Shown here: piece after piece, positions 1-9,157 of the stretch
Layout: each line of letters opens with the position of its first letter
Position numbering within the stretch: the first letter of the stretch is position 1
DNA from: an uncultured Desulfobulbaceae bacterium
Lineage (GTDB): Bacteria > Desulfobacterota > Dissulfuribacteria > Dissulfuribacterales > DYLC01
Direction of reading: 5' to 3'
Assembly: GCA_964427245.1 (NCBI GenBank)
Contig: CAYRSX010000023.1
Coordinates: 6,268-70,267, forward strand
Length of the DNA stretch: 64,000 bases
The notes under the pieces: generated by a model
Database searches by the model: none
Told to the model about the DNA's origin: nothing
Seen by the model: only the letters and a program-made list of their open reading frames with translations
Program-made: the position numbers and the translations under genes

Positions 1-212
1 AAAAGGACGATCTCCACGCCTTTGAAGGAATCATGGTCTAACTTTTGAACCGGTATCTCTTCGCCCCTGAATTTCAATTTCTTGCCCACAGAACGTTCTG
101 AAGCCAAAAGACGAATATCCTTTACAGGAAAATCCCGTTCCTCTAATACCCTTATCATGGTCTGACCCACGGCACCCGTAGCACCTGCTACAGCTACATT
201 AAATGACCGCAT
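1..212 (-). CDS. asd: aspartate-semialdehyde dehydrogenase, N-terminal part (gene runs off window start)
   Basis: Manual minus-strand translation from ATG at 212 gives MRSFNVAVAGATGAVGQTMIRVLEERDFPVKDIRLLASERSVGKKLKFRGEEIPVQKL. The GATGxVG dinucleotide-binding start is typical of Asd. It is absent from the ORF track because it is truncated. Confidence 0.8.
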   Translation of the reverse strand, partial: MRSFNVAVAGATGAVGQTMIRVLEERDFPVKDIRLLASERSVGKKLKFRGEEIPVQKLDHDSFKGVEIVL

Positions 213-217
213 CTCAT

Positions 218-1279
218 TTACCCCTTTACATAACCAGCGACCAGATCGCCGACCTCTTGAGTGCCGTATCCCATCTTACCTGCGGAAAGACTCTTGAGGT
301 GTTTGCTCACCACGGTTTTCACTGCATCTTCTATTGCCTTGGCAGCCTCGGATTCACCCAGGGAGTCCAGCATCATGGCGCCTGCACAGATAGCCGCCAA
401 GGGATTTATGACGTTTTTACCCGTGTATTTAGGGGCCGAACCGCCAATGGGTTCAAACATAGAGACGCCCTGCGGATTGATGTTGCCGCCTGCGGCTATG
501 CCCATTCCGCCCTGAATCATGGCGCCCAGATCCGTGATGATGTCGCCAAACATGTTGTCCGTGACGATCACATCGAACCAATCAGGATTTTTCACCATCC
601 ACATACAGGTGGCATCCACATGAGCATAATCGGTCTGAATGTCAGGATATTCCTTGGCCACTTCATAGAATGTGCGCTCCCAAAGGTCAAAGGCAAAGGT
701 CAATACATTTGTTTTGCCGCACAGAGTCAGTTTTTTACGCTTGTTGCGTTTACGGCAGTAATCGAAGGCAAAACGAATGCAGCGCTCCACGCCCTTTCGA
801 GTATTGATGGACTCCTGCACTGCCACTTCATCAGGTGTCCCCTTTTTGAGCACGCCACCTGCGCCGGCATAAAGACCCTCGGTATTCTCTCTCACCACAA
901 CAAAGTCTATGTCCTCCGGCTTTTTGTCCTTCAGTGGAGTATCAACTCCGGGGTAAAGGATGACAGGCCTCAGATTGATATATTGATCTAGCCCAAAACG
1001 CAGGTTCAAAAGAATACCCTTTTCCAAAATGCCGGGTTTTACATCCGGATGACCGATGGCACCCAAGTATATGGCCTTATAGCGCTTCAGATCCTCGATA
1101 GCGCCTTCAGGAAGCACCTCGCCGGTGCGCTTATAACGCTCTCCGCCGTAGTCATACCAGGTCATGTCGAGCTTGAAACCAAAACGCGAGGCCGCAGCCT
1201 CAATAACCTTTACACCCTCCGCAATGACCTCAGGACCTGTGCCATCACCAGGCATGACCGCAATCTTGTACTCTTTCAT
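218..1279 (-). CDS. leuB: 3-isopropylmalate dehydrogenase
   Basis: 353 aa. N-terminus is MKEYKIAVMPGDGTGPEV. Isocitrate/isopropylmalate DH motifs NMFGDIITDLGA and GSAPKYTGKN are present. Lies next to leuCD. Confidence 0.9.
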   Translation of the reverse strand: MKEYKIAVMPGDGTGPEVIAEGVKVIEAAASRFGFKLDMTWYDYGGERYKRTGEVLPEGAIEDLKRYKAIYLGAIGHPDVKPGILEKGILLNLRFGLDQYINLRPVILYPGVDTPLKDKKPEDIDFVVVRENTEGLYAGAGGVLKKGTPDEVAVQESINTRKGVERCIRFAFDYCRKRNKRKKLTLCGKTNVLTFAFDLWERTFYEVAKEYPDIQTDYAHVDATCMWMVKNPDWFDVIVTDNMFGDIITDLGAMIQGGMGIAAGGNINPQGVSMFEPIGGSAPKYTGKNVINPLAAICAGAMMLDSLGESEAAKAIEDAVKTVVSKHLKSLSAGKMGYGTQEVGDLVAGYVKG

Positions 1280-1326
1280 ATGTAACTCCTTATTAAGATT
1301 AGAATATTTACGATTGAATCTTTCGA

Positions 1327-1818
1327 TTATTTAACTTTCTTGAGAATATGGGCTATCAAGCCGCCATCCTGAATCAGTTCCTGCATGAAGGGCGGAATGG
1401 GTTGGGCCTTGTATGTTCGACCCTTGGTGATATTGTGGATCTCACCGGTTGACGGATTGATCTCCACCTGATCCCCCTCTAAGATATCCTCCGCGGCATC
1501 CTTTGACTCAAAGATAGGCAACCCCATATTGAAGGCGTTTCTGTAAAAGATACGAGCAAAAGTTGGGGCAATAACACAACCCACACCGGCGGCCTTAAGT
1601 GCTATGGGCGCATGTTCGCGAGATGAACCACATCCGAAGTTCTTACCGGCGACAATGATGTCACCAGGAGACAGCTTCTTTACGAATTCCGGATCCGCAT
1701 CCTCCATGCAGTGTTTGGCCAGTTCAGCTGCATCAGATGTGTTCAGATATCTGGCCGGAATGATCAGGTCTGTATCGATGTTTTCTCCAAATTTCCAGGC
1801 TTTTCCTTTAATATTCAT
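1327..1818 (-). CDS. leuD: 3-isopropylmalate dehydratase small subunit
   Basis: 163 aa aconitase swivel-domain protein ([13 protein letters not shown]), immediately downstream of leuC. Confidence 0.9.
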   Translation of the reverse strand: MNIKGKAWKFGENIDTDLIIPARYLNTSDAAELAKHCMEDADPEFVKKLSPGDIIVAGKNFGCGSSREHAPIALKAAGVGCVIAPTFARIFYRNAFNMGLPIFESKDAAEDILEGDQVEINPSTGEIHNITKGRTYKAQPIPPFMQELIQDGGLIAHILKKVK

Positions 1819-1834
1819 ACAATTACCTCTTTAA

Positions 1835-3100
1835 TTACAGGGAATCCGGCCCTGCTATTTTGCCCAAGACAGCACTGGCCGCCGCCACTGCGGGGCTGGC
1901 CAGATAGACCTCGCTTTCGGGATGTCCCATTCTGCCCACGAAGTTTCTGTTGGTGGTGGCCAGAGCGCGTTCTCCCTTGGCCAGAATGCCCATGTGCCCG
2001 CCAAGACACGGCCCGCAGGTAGGAGGCCCTATCACAGCTCCGGCATTTAAAAAGATCTTGAGATACCCCAGCTCCATGGCCTGACCATAGATAGCAGGGG
2101 TTGCAGGCAATATAATGAGCCGCAAACCCTTGGCCACCTTACGGCCATTCAGGATATGAGCGGCTACGGCCAGGTCTTCTATGCGACCGTTGGTGCAAGA
2201 GCCAATAACCACCTGATCCAAAGGCACATCCCCAACTTGAGAAATGCCCTTGGTATTTTCCGGCAGGTGAGGAAAGGCCACCTGCGGCTCTATATCACTT
2301 GCATCAAACTCGATAATCCTGGCATACTGTGCATCTTTATCGCTTTTATACACTGTAAACGGTCTTTTTGCCCTGGCATTTGCATATTCGATGGTCTTGT
2401 CATCGGGGTTAAACAACCCTATCTTGCCACCAGCTTCGATGGCCATATTGGCCATAGTGAAGCGGTCCGCCATGGGCAATGCATCGATCACAGGGCCGCA
2501 AAACTCCATGGCCTGATACAGGGCGCCGTCCACGCCTATCTTGCCGATGGTATATAGAATCAGGTCTTTGCCTGTCACCCACGGCCTCAGTGTGCCGTTA
2601 TATATGAATTTAATGGACTCCGGCACCTTGAACCAAGTCTTGCCGGTTATCATTGTGGCGGCCAGGTCAGTACTACCCACGCCTGTTGCAAAGGCACCCA
2701 ATGCCCCATAGGTGCAGGTATGGCTGTCTGCGCCTATGACCACATCGCCCGGCAGCACTATACCCTTTTCAGGAAGCAGGGCGTGTTCCACTCCGCTTTC
2801 GCCGCCGTCGTAGTGATGAACAATACCTTGTTCTTTGGCGAAGTCCCGCAACATCTTGGCCTGCTCAGCGCTCTTGATGTCCTTGTTGGGCACGAAATGA
2901 TCGGATACCAGGGCGATCTTTGTTGAATCGAAGACGCGCTGAATACCCGCCTGTTTGAATATCTTGATTGCTATGGGCGCCGTGATATCGTTTCCCAGGG
3001 CGATGTCCACATTTACCTGTACAAGCTGGCCAGGCTCCACGTATTCAAGACTCGCATGAGCGGCCAGTATCTTTTCGGCTATGGTCATGGGTTTTGTCAT
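1835..3100 (-). CDS. leuC: 3-isopropylmalate dehydratase large subunit (archaeal/short type)
   Basis: 421 aa aconitase-family protein. Fe-S cysteines lie in GSCTNGR and CGPCLG contexts and a DSHT motif is present. Confidence 0.9.
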   Translation of the reverse strand: MTKPMTIAEKILAAHASLEYVEPGQLVQVNVDIALGNDITAPIAIKIFKQAGIQRVFDSTKIALVSDHFVPNKDIKSAEQAKMLRDFAKEQGIVHHYDGGESGVEHALLPEKGIVLPGDVVIGADSHTCTYGALGAFATGVGSTDLAATMITGKTWFKVPESIKFIYNGTLRPWVTGKDLILYTIGKIGVDGALYQAMEFCGPVIDALPMADRFTMANMAIEAGGKIGLFNPDDKTIEYANARAKRPFTVYKSDKDAQYARIIEFDASDIEPQVAFPHLPENTKGISQVGDVPLDQVVIGSCTNGRIEDLAVAAHILNGRKVAKGLRLIILPATPAIYGQAMELGYLKIFLNAGAVIGPPTCGPCLGGHMGILAKGERALATTNRNFVGRMGHPESEVYLASPAVAAASAVLGKIAGPDSL

Positions 3101-3253
3101 ATCTTCCTCTTTTTATTGACGATTTGTAAATTCCTTAAAAAAGCAGGGATTCTTTGATTTTTTTGGCATATTTAACAGCAAACCCCCTTGAAATCAACCT
3201 GAAAATAAAAAACATCTTTCATTTTACATCTGAAATCGGTATTATTATCGCTT

Positions 3254-4009
3254 ATGCAACGACATGATATCGCAATCCTCTATTCAGGCGGAACAGACTC
3301 TCTGGCCCTTTATGCCCTGGCCATGAGCGGAAAACTCCTATACACACCCCATATCATCAACATTCACCTGCTGCATATGCTAAACGGTATGAGCCGATTT
3401 CACGAATTCCCTCAGCGCAGGCTCGATGTAGCCAGACGCATTCTCACGGCATCTCGAGGGACAGAGACAGGGCCGGAGACCATTTACGTGGAACTGGATA
3501 TGGGCCGGCTGTTTCAGGGCCTTTGGCTGGACCACTATGAAGACCTGATGCCTCGCTATGGACACAAAAACCTGGTCTGTGTTGCATGCAAACTGGCCAT
3601 GCACACCAAGGCAATTCTCTATTGCATCGAACACAATATCACCTTTTTATATGTAGGCTATACAAAAAAACAGGGATTTTATCCGGAACAGACTCAGGTC
3701 TTCATGAGTAAACTACAGGCATTTTCAAAGAATTTCGGCATTACCACCCTGTTTCCCCTTTATGACGCCTTCGACTCCAAAGATATAGCCAGACACCTCC
3801 TGGAGGACTACGGCCTGCCGTCCACAGGCGGAGGTGAAAGAAAATGCCTCTTTTGCCAGACCAAGACCACTGCCACAGAGGCTGAAATAGGTGCATATCT
3901 CGATGATATGCTGTCAAACACAGCCCAATACCTAGAACACAAGCTGGCGGGCCGCATTCAGGAGGCAGCCATGTGTTTTCCTCCCGGAAGACCTTTCAAC
4001 CTGACATGA
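3254..4009 (+). CDS. PP-loop (SGGxDS) ATP pyrophosphatase, TtcA/TtuA-like Cys pattern, function unknown
   Basis: 251 aa. SGGTDS is at aa 11-16. C109-x2-C112 sits in NLVCVACKLAMH (compare the TtcA CSLCSRLRRG context). A second CxxC is at C198/C201. The stop overlaps the next gene's start (ATGA at 4006-4009). Confidence 0.6.
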   Translation: MQRHDIAILYSGGTDSLALYALAMSGKLLYTPHIINIHLLHMLNGMSRFHEFPQRRLDVARRILTASRGTETGPETIYVELDMGRLFQGLWLDHYEDLMPRYGHKNLVCVACKLAMHTKAILYCIEHNITFLYVGYTKKQGFYPEQTQVFMSKLQAFSKNFGITTLFPLYDAFDSKDIARHLLEDYGLPSTGGGERKCLFCQTKTTATEAEIGAYLDDMLSNTAQYLEHKLAGRIQEAAMCFPPGRPFNLT

Positions 4010-4848
4010 AAATCAGCTGCATTATTCCCACAAAAGACCGCTGTGAGATGCTGGTTTGCGCCATAGAGAGTGCCCTGAAGCAAGAATCGGCGGTAGCAGA
4101 GATTCTGGTGGTGGACGACGGTTCCACTGATTCCACTGAAGAGGTGGTAACGACTCGCTTTCCCACAGTAAAATACATTAAGACCTCGGGCAAAGGACCA
4201 GGTGCAGCCAGAAATCTCGGCGCAGCCAGTGCCGCTGGAGACATCTTAATGTTTCTGGACTCGGACGACCGCTGGCTGCCGAATCATACTCGATCCCTGG
4301 TATCCCTGATACAGAAGGGCCATGACCTTGCCTATGGCATCACGAAAAACGAAGACGAATTTACGGGCGAAACCTTTTACATTCCAGAAAATATGTCTTC
4401 ACTCACCGGCTCCACGTTTCGCGACCTGTTGCGCTGGTGTTTTCTCGTGCCCTCCAGTGTGGCTGTCAGCAGAAGGGCCTTTTTCACATGTAAGGGCTTT
4501 CCTGAACGTACCTTTGGAGAAGACTGGTGTTTTTTCCTTGAACTCGCTCACGCCCATTGTCACATGGAACATTCTGCCGAACAACCGAAACCTTTTGGAT
4601 TTGCAAACGAGGTCATCACACACAGAAGGCTGCACAAGGGCAGCCTTTCCTGCACTTGCAGACAGGGTGCCGCCATTTTGAACCTGCTCATGGACATCAA
4701 GAAACTTGCAATGCGTTCGAAAGGCGCCATGCCTGAAGATTTTTTATACTTAGACAATGCCATATCATTTGCAAAAAAGGAACACACCAAATGGAACACG
4801 GTACAGGACTGGTTTTGCGCCATGAAACAACTGCAAAGCCCCTCATAG
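4006..4848 (+). CDS. family 2 glycosyltransferase (GT-A fold)
   Basis: From the internal Met the sequence reads MKISCIIPTKDR...LVVDDGSTDST...FLDSDD, the classic GT2 signature. The start is chosen at the ATGA overlap with the upstream stop; the track ORF begins at 3973. Confidence 0.8.
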   Translation: MKISCIIPTKDRCEMLVCAIESALKQESAVAEILVVDDGSTDSTEEVVTTRFPTVKYIKTSGKGPGAARNLGAASAAGDILMFLDSDDRWLPNHTRSLVSLIQKGHDLAYGITKNEDEFTGETFYIPENMSSLTGSTFRDLLRWCFLVPSSVAVSRRAFFTCKGFPERTFGEDWCFFLELAHAHCHMEHSAEQPKPFGFANEVITHRRLHKGSLSCTCRQGAAILNLLMDIKKLAMRSKGAMPEDFLYLDNAISFAKKEHTKWNTVQDWFCAMKQLQSPS

Positions 4849-4883
4849 AAGCGCTGAAACACAAACAGGTACTGGAACATGGC

Positions 4884-5738
4884 ATGGATGTGCCGGAAGA
4901 AAGACCTGAATTTCCCATTGCTCTCACAGAAGTGGGCATAGCATCCAAGACCTTATGGGTTCGATTGCCTGAGGGCCGCATACCCTTTGATGCAGCCTTG
5001 TCCGTAAGCCTGCCTGCTCGGTTCAGAGGCATACACATGTCCCGCATGGAAGAGGCCGTTTCAAGCCTTTCTTCCATAGATTTTACAGACCTGATGGACT
5101 ATGCCATGGCCCTTGCAAAAAAACTCCTGCAGGGCCAGCGGGGAAACGATGTGCATGTGCGATTGAAAGGTCTGCTTCCCATAACACGTTCCACTCTGAT
5201 TTCCCAAAGGCTATCACAAGACAGTCTCACTGTAACAGCCTCTGTCAATCTGATGCGTGACAACAACGAGATTCAAATAAAAGAGGCCATGCGAGGCATA
5301 GAGGTCATGCACATCACCGCCTGCCCTTGTACGCAGGTCTATAACCACCTACTTTTCCAGGCAAAACAGTCTGATCTTCCGCTCATCACGCACTCCCAGC
5401 GCTCATCCACGAGCCTTACCATGGAAGACGCCTCGATGCTTATCACTTATGAAGATCTGCTGTCCTGCCTGAATGACGTCCTGCATGTCACTCAGGACCT
5501 GTTAAAACGGCCCGACGAAGCGGAACTGGTGCTCAAGGCCCATAGAATGCCGCAGTTTGCGGAGGACGCAGTGAGAGAGACCGCCCGCAGCGTGGCCGTG
5601 CGGTTCGGCAACAGACTCCCTGAAAATACTCGCGTGCAAATCACCTCTATCAGCCTGGAAAGCATTCATATTCACAACGTGGTATGCCGCATAGATACCA
5701 CCCTCGAGGCGCTCATAAATGCAGCGGCCACCCTTTAG
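4884..5738 (+). CDS. folE2: GTP cyclohydrolase FolE2/MptA family (type IB)
   Basis: Family motifs read by eye: DVPEERPEFPIALTEVGI, LPARFRGIHMSRM, HITACPCTQ, HSQRSS, KRPDEAELV...PQFAEDAVRE. The track ORF starts at 4791 and overlaps the GT2 gene. 4884 (MDVPEE) is the first non-overlapping Met. Confidence 0.8.
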   Translation: MDVPEERPEFPIALTEVGIASKTLWVRLPEGRIPFDAALSVSLPARFRGIHMSRMEEAVSSLSSIDFTDLMDYAMALAKKLLQGQRGNDVHVRLKGLLPITRSTLISQRLSQDSLTVTASVNLMRDNNEIQIKEAMRGIEVMHITACPCTQVYNHLLFQAKQSDLPLITHSQRSSTSLTMEDASMLITYEDLLSCLNDVLHVTQDLLKRPDEAELVLKAHRMPQFAEDAVRETARSVAVRFGNRLPENTRVQITSISLESIHIHNVVCRIDTTLEALINAAATL

Positions 5739-6351
5739 ACTCGTCATCTTTCAGCAGGGCGGAAACGCTGATTTCAAGGTGGGCGGTATAGGGGCCTACG
5801 GAAACGGAATCGAGATTCAGGCGGTGCATGACCTACCGGCATCTTTACTTGAAGTTATAGATGAACCCGATGAATATGTGTGCCGCATAGAACCATGCGA
5901 TCTGGTGCTGACCTTCGTGAAACAACCGGATATAGCGGCACACATCGTAGCCTTGGCCAATGAAAAGGAAATCCCTGTCATCGCCCCAGGCCAGCACATT
6001 CCAGGTGCCATAACGCCGTTTACATGCTGTGCCATGGGCAGGCTTGCCAGTACAGGTCCCTATGGCGAGCAGTTCGGGTTGCCGGAGTTCGAAGTCTTTC
6101 TTGAAAACGGCATTATAAAAGAAATTCGCGTAAAAAGGGGGGCCCCCTGCGGCGCCACCTGGTTTGCTGCAAAAAAAATGATGGGCAAGGCCGTAGAAGA
6201 GGCCCTAAAGGCCATGGGCAGAGAGGCCCAGTTCTGCTGTGTGGCTGATCCCTCGACCTTTGATCCCATCACAGGCAAAAGTCAAGTGCACTTTGCAGGA
6301 GACGCCCACTGGGTTGCCTTGAAAAAGGCCTTGACTAAATTCATTCGCTGA
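5719..6351 (+). CDS. DUF166-like Cys-rich protein (function unknown)
   Basis: 210 aa. Conserved-looking cysteines are at FTCCAMG, GAPCGATW and FCCVADP. Overall it resembles the archaeal/bacterial DUF166 family from memory. The start overlaps the folE2 stop by 20 nt, so the start is uncertain. Confidence 0.5.
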   Translation: MQRPPFRLVIFQQGGNADFKVGGIGAYGNGIEIQAVHDLPASLLEVIDEPDEYVCRIEPCDLVLTFVKQPDIAAHIVALANEKEIPVIAPGQHIPGAITPFTCCAMGRLASTGPYGEQFGLPEFEVFLENGIIKEIRVKRGAPCGATWFAAKKMMGKAVEEALKAMGREAQFCCVADPSTFDPITGKSQVHFAGDAHWVALKKALTKFIR

Positions 6352-6355
6352 AATT

Positions 6356-7138
6356 ATGCAAATTGACCTAAAAGAGTATCTGGAAGGGCTCTATTGCAGC
6401 TACAACAGACGCGAGTTCGTGCACCCGGATCCCCTGGAGTTTCTCTATCGTTATGCAAATCCATTGGACAGAGAGATAGTCGGTCTCATCGCCTCTTCTC
6501 TGGCCTATGGCCGTGTAAATCAGATCTTAAAGAGTGTGGAATGCGTGCTTAAATGTATCCCAATGCCTCACAAAGACCTGTTGAACATGGACTACATGGA
6601 TTTACAGGCCGTTTTCAGTGGATTTAAACACAGATTCACCACGGGGAATGACCTGGCGGCCCTGTTATTGGGCATCAAAAAGGTGATTCAGGAATACGGC
6701 TCTATCGAGGGGGCTTTCATGACATTTCACGATACAAAGGATTTCACACTGGCGCCGGCCCTTTCCAAATTCGTAGATATTGTGTGGCAAAAAGCCAACT
6801 ACTCAGCGAATTTTCTGCTGCCCAGCCCTGAAAACAAAAGCGCCTGCAAAAGGGCATTTCTGTTTCTGAGATGGATGGTGCGTTGTGACGAGGTGGACCC
6901 TGGAGGCTGGCAAATGCCGGCATTCAAGCTTGTGGTCCCCTTGGACACTCACATGCATCGCATTGCCATGAGTCTCGGCCTAACTCGAAGAAAACAGGCG
7001 GACTTAAAGGCAGCCATGGAGGTCACTGAGGGGTTCAGATGCATTTCACCCCAAGATCCTGTGCGTTATGACTTCTGCCTCACTCGCTTCGGCATTCATC
7101 CGGACATGGACTACTCCATGCTGAAGTGCGCCATTTGA
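6356..7138 (+). CDS. DUF2400/TIGR02757-like protein with HhH-GPD-like C-terminal core
   Basis: 260 aa. The N-terminus (YNRREFVHPDPLEFLYRY...SLAYGRV) matches my memory of the TIGR02757 family. The segment KRAFLFLRWMVR...VVPLDTHMHRIAMSLGLT aligns by eye to the EndoIII RKTANVVL...IAVDTHIFRV region, which contains the catalytic Asp. Confidence 0.55.
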   Translation: MQIDLKEYLEGLYCSYNRREFVHPDPLEFLYRYANPLDREIVGLIASSLAYGRVNQILKSVECVLKCIPMPHKDLLNMDYMDLQAVFSGFKHRFTTGNDLAALLLGIKKVIQEYGSIEGAFMTFHDTKDFTLAPALSKFVDIVWQKANYSANFLLPSPENKSACKRAFLFLRWMVRCDEVDPGGWQMPAFKLVVPLDTHMHRIAMSLGLTRRKQADLKAAMEVTEGFRCISPQDPVRYDFCLTRFGIHPDMDYSMLKCAI

Positions 7139-7170
7139 CTCCAGAAACTGTTCTATAAAAAAAGAATATA

Positions 7171-8262
7171 CTACAGCCGTTGTGTACGAATACTCCGTCT
7201 GCGTTCTCTTACGAAATAGCACTTGACCGTTGTACCCACATTCGACTCCGATTCTATGACCATGTGGCCGGCCTGTTCGTCTATGAGACGCCTGGCAAAG
7301 GTCAGCCCCATGCCGATATGCCCTGATTTGGTGGAGAAAAATGGATCGAAGACCTTTGGGAGCATCTGAGGCCGAATGCCATGACCGTAATCCCTGAGTT
7401 CGAAAAGCACACTGTAGGGCTCTCTGTCAGACGGTTTCACAAACAACTCCAGCACATTGTTATCTGTTTCAGAGCAGGCGTCACAGGCGTTCTTGACGCA
7501 GTCGATCAGGGCCTTTTGAAATGCCTTTATGTCTATCACACAGTCCTGAGTACAGACATCATCTACACATTTAAAGTTCAGGGTCATACCATATCCCTCA
7601 ATCAGCCTCTGCACTTCAGGTATGACAACTGCTATTACTTTCGAAATAGGTGTAGGCTCTGCAATTGGCCGCGGCATTTCTATGTATTCTGTAAGAGTGC
7701 TCAACAACAGTTCTAATCTGCTGGATTCATTAAGAATTACCTTCACATAATCCTTGCGCAACACATCCATGTTGGCCAATCTTCTGGCGAAACCGCCAAT
7801 AGCTAACACAGGATTTCGAATCTGATGGCTGATATCATCCAGGATGGCGCCCCAAAATGCCATACGTTCGGACTGGTTCAGAATGCGCTCTATGCCCTTT
7901 AATCTGGAGATGTCGTTGATGATGATTATAGCCGCCCTATGGCCATTAAACTTGCAGGCCGAGGTAGCCAGTAATGCCATGAAGGTGCTGCCGTCCATAC
8001 GCCGTAGCATGGCCTCACCTTCGTATTCTCCGGTGGAGTGCGTCAGATGCAGGATGTTTGGCAGAAGGATCTCCCGATCATCCGGCATGAAAATCTCTGA
8101 AAAAGGCAGGCCGTTCAGGCCTCCGGACTGCGCCCTGAAAAGACTTTCAGCCCTCTTGTTAGACATGGTGATGACATTGTCTTCAAAGACAATGAGCACC
8201 TTGCTATTCAGGAGGTCAAAGATGGACGAAAGCAGATCGGAGTTGGATTCCAGAGCTTGCAT
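7171..8262 (-). CDS. PAS-domain sensor histidine kinase (cytoplasmic)
   Basis: 363 aa with an N-terminal PAS-like region, an H-box (DISHQIRNPV), and N/G boxes (KNACDA, DYGHGI, GMGL). Confidence 0.8.
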   Translation of the reverse strand: MQALESNSDLLSSIFDLLNSKVLIVFEDNVITMSNKRAESLFRAQSGGLNGLPFSEIFMPDDREILLPNILHLTHSTGEYEGEAMLRRMDGSTFMALLATSACKFNGHRAAIIIINDISRLKGIERILNQSERMAFWGAILDDISHQIRNPVLAIGGFARRLANMDVLRKDYVKVILNESSRLELLLSTLTEYIEMPRPIAEPTPISKVIAVVIPEVQRLIEGYGMTLNFKCVDDVCTQDCVIDIKAFQKALIDCVKNACDACSETDNNVLELFVKPSDREPYSVLFELRDYGHGIRPQMLPKVFDPFFSTKSGHIGMGLTFARRLIDEQAGHMVIESESNVGTTVKCYFVRERRRSIRTQRL

Positions 8263-8284
8263 GGCCTAAATTTACCACAAGGTA

Positions 8285-9157
8285 TCAATCGATATTCAGC
8301 ATGTCCTGGGATCTGTTGAAGTCCACAAGGATCGTAACAATGCAGCGATGGAGGTCGGCACGTTTGAGATGCAGTCTGTCCAGAAGCTTTGAATTGACAT
8401 TGTAACGAAACGCATCGGCTCCAAGTCCTATACCCATTTGAATCACCAGGATATTTGCAAGGGCTATGATGGATGAAAGCGTATCCTGAATATAGAGATC
8501 CGGGTCGTGATGGTTACGCACAGCCCGCACTATGTCCGACGGAAACTCCCATAACTGCAGAATCTCTGCACCTATTACAGCATGGTCTCCGCCAAGCACA
8601 CGCCATTCAGCCTCGGTAAAAAGCATCTTTTCCTGTTTTGCAATTTGAAAAATCTCTTCCAGCCTACTGCCAACGAAGATATTGAGCGCTATTTTGCCCA
8701 CATCATGCAGCAAAGCGCCTGTAAATGCAGTAGATGAATCTGAATATGAGCAGGATTTTGCCAAAGTCTCGGCTGCAATAGCCGTTGCTATGGAGTGCCG
8801 CCAGAGGTCTTTGGGTTCCATGCGATATCCTGCAATAGGTGTATTGAGATACGGCAGGCTGGCGCTGGCCAGAAGTATTTCTGTGATGTGCTGTTGGCCG
8901 AGAAAGGTTAGTGCTGTCTCCAGATCCGTGATGCGTTGTGCAAGACCGAAATGGGCCGAATTGGTAAATCGTAGAATATTGGCTGTGATGGCAGGATCAT
9001 AGCGTAAAAGCTCTGCCAATTTTGCAATGGATGAGTTGGGATCCTTGAGCAGTGCAAGGGCCTTTTGTATAACCTTTGGAAAGGTCGGCAGATTTACCAG
9101 TTTCTCAAAGATTCTCTCCAGAGTGAAGTCAGAGGCGGTATAATCGTCGCTCATCAC
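8285..9157 (-). CDS. HDOD domain protein
   Basis: 290 aa. LPTFPKVIQKALALL...IANILRFTNSAHFG and HDVGK are HDOD/HD-like signatures. The start overlaps the upstream stop (GTGATGA). Confidence 0.8.
   Translation of the reverse strand: MMSDDYTASDFTLERIFEKLVNLPTFPKVIQKALALLKDPNSSIAKLAELLRYDPAITANILRFTNSAHFGLAQRITDLETALTFLGQQHITEILLASASLPYLNTPIAGYRMEPKDLWRHSIATAIAAETLAKSCSYSDSSTAFTGALLHDVGKIALNIFVGSRLEEIFQIAKQEKMLFTEAEWRVLGGDHAVIGAEILQLWEFPSDIVRAVRNHHDPDLYIQDTLSSIIALANILVIQMGIGLGADAFRYNVNSKLLDRLHLKRADLHRCIVTILVDFNRSQDMLNID

Noticed and set aside
203-991. 262 aa plus-strand ORF
   Set aside because: It lies entirely antisense to leuB, whose translation carries unmistakable family motifs. It is a shadow ORF with low-complexity, His/Cys-rich composition.
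3164-3180. Sigma54-like TGGCAT-N-CAGCA upstream of the five-gene operon
   Set aside because: The GG-to-GC spacing is off by one relative to the TGGCAC-N5-TTGC consensus, and the -12 element reads CAGC rather than TTGC. This is not supportable by eye.
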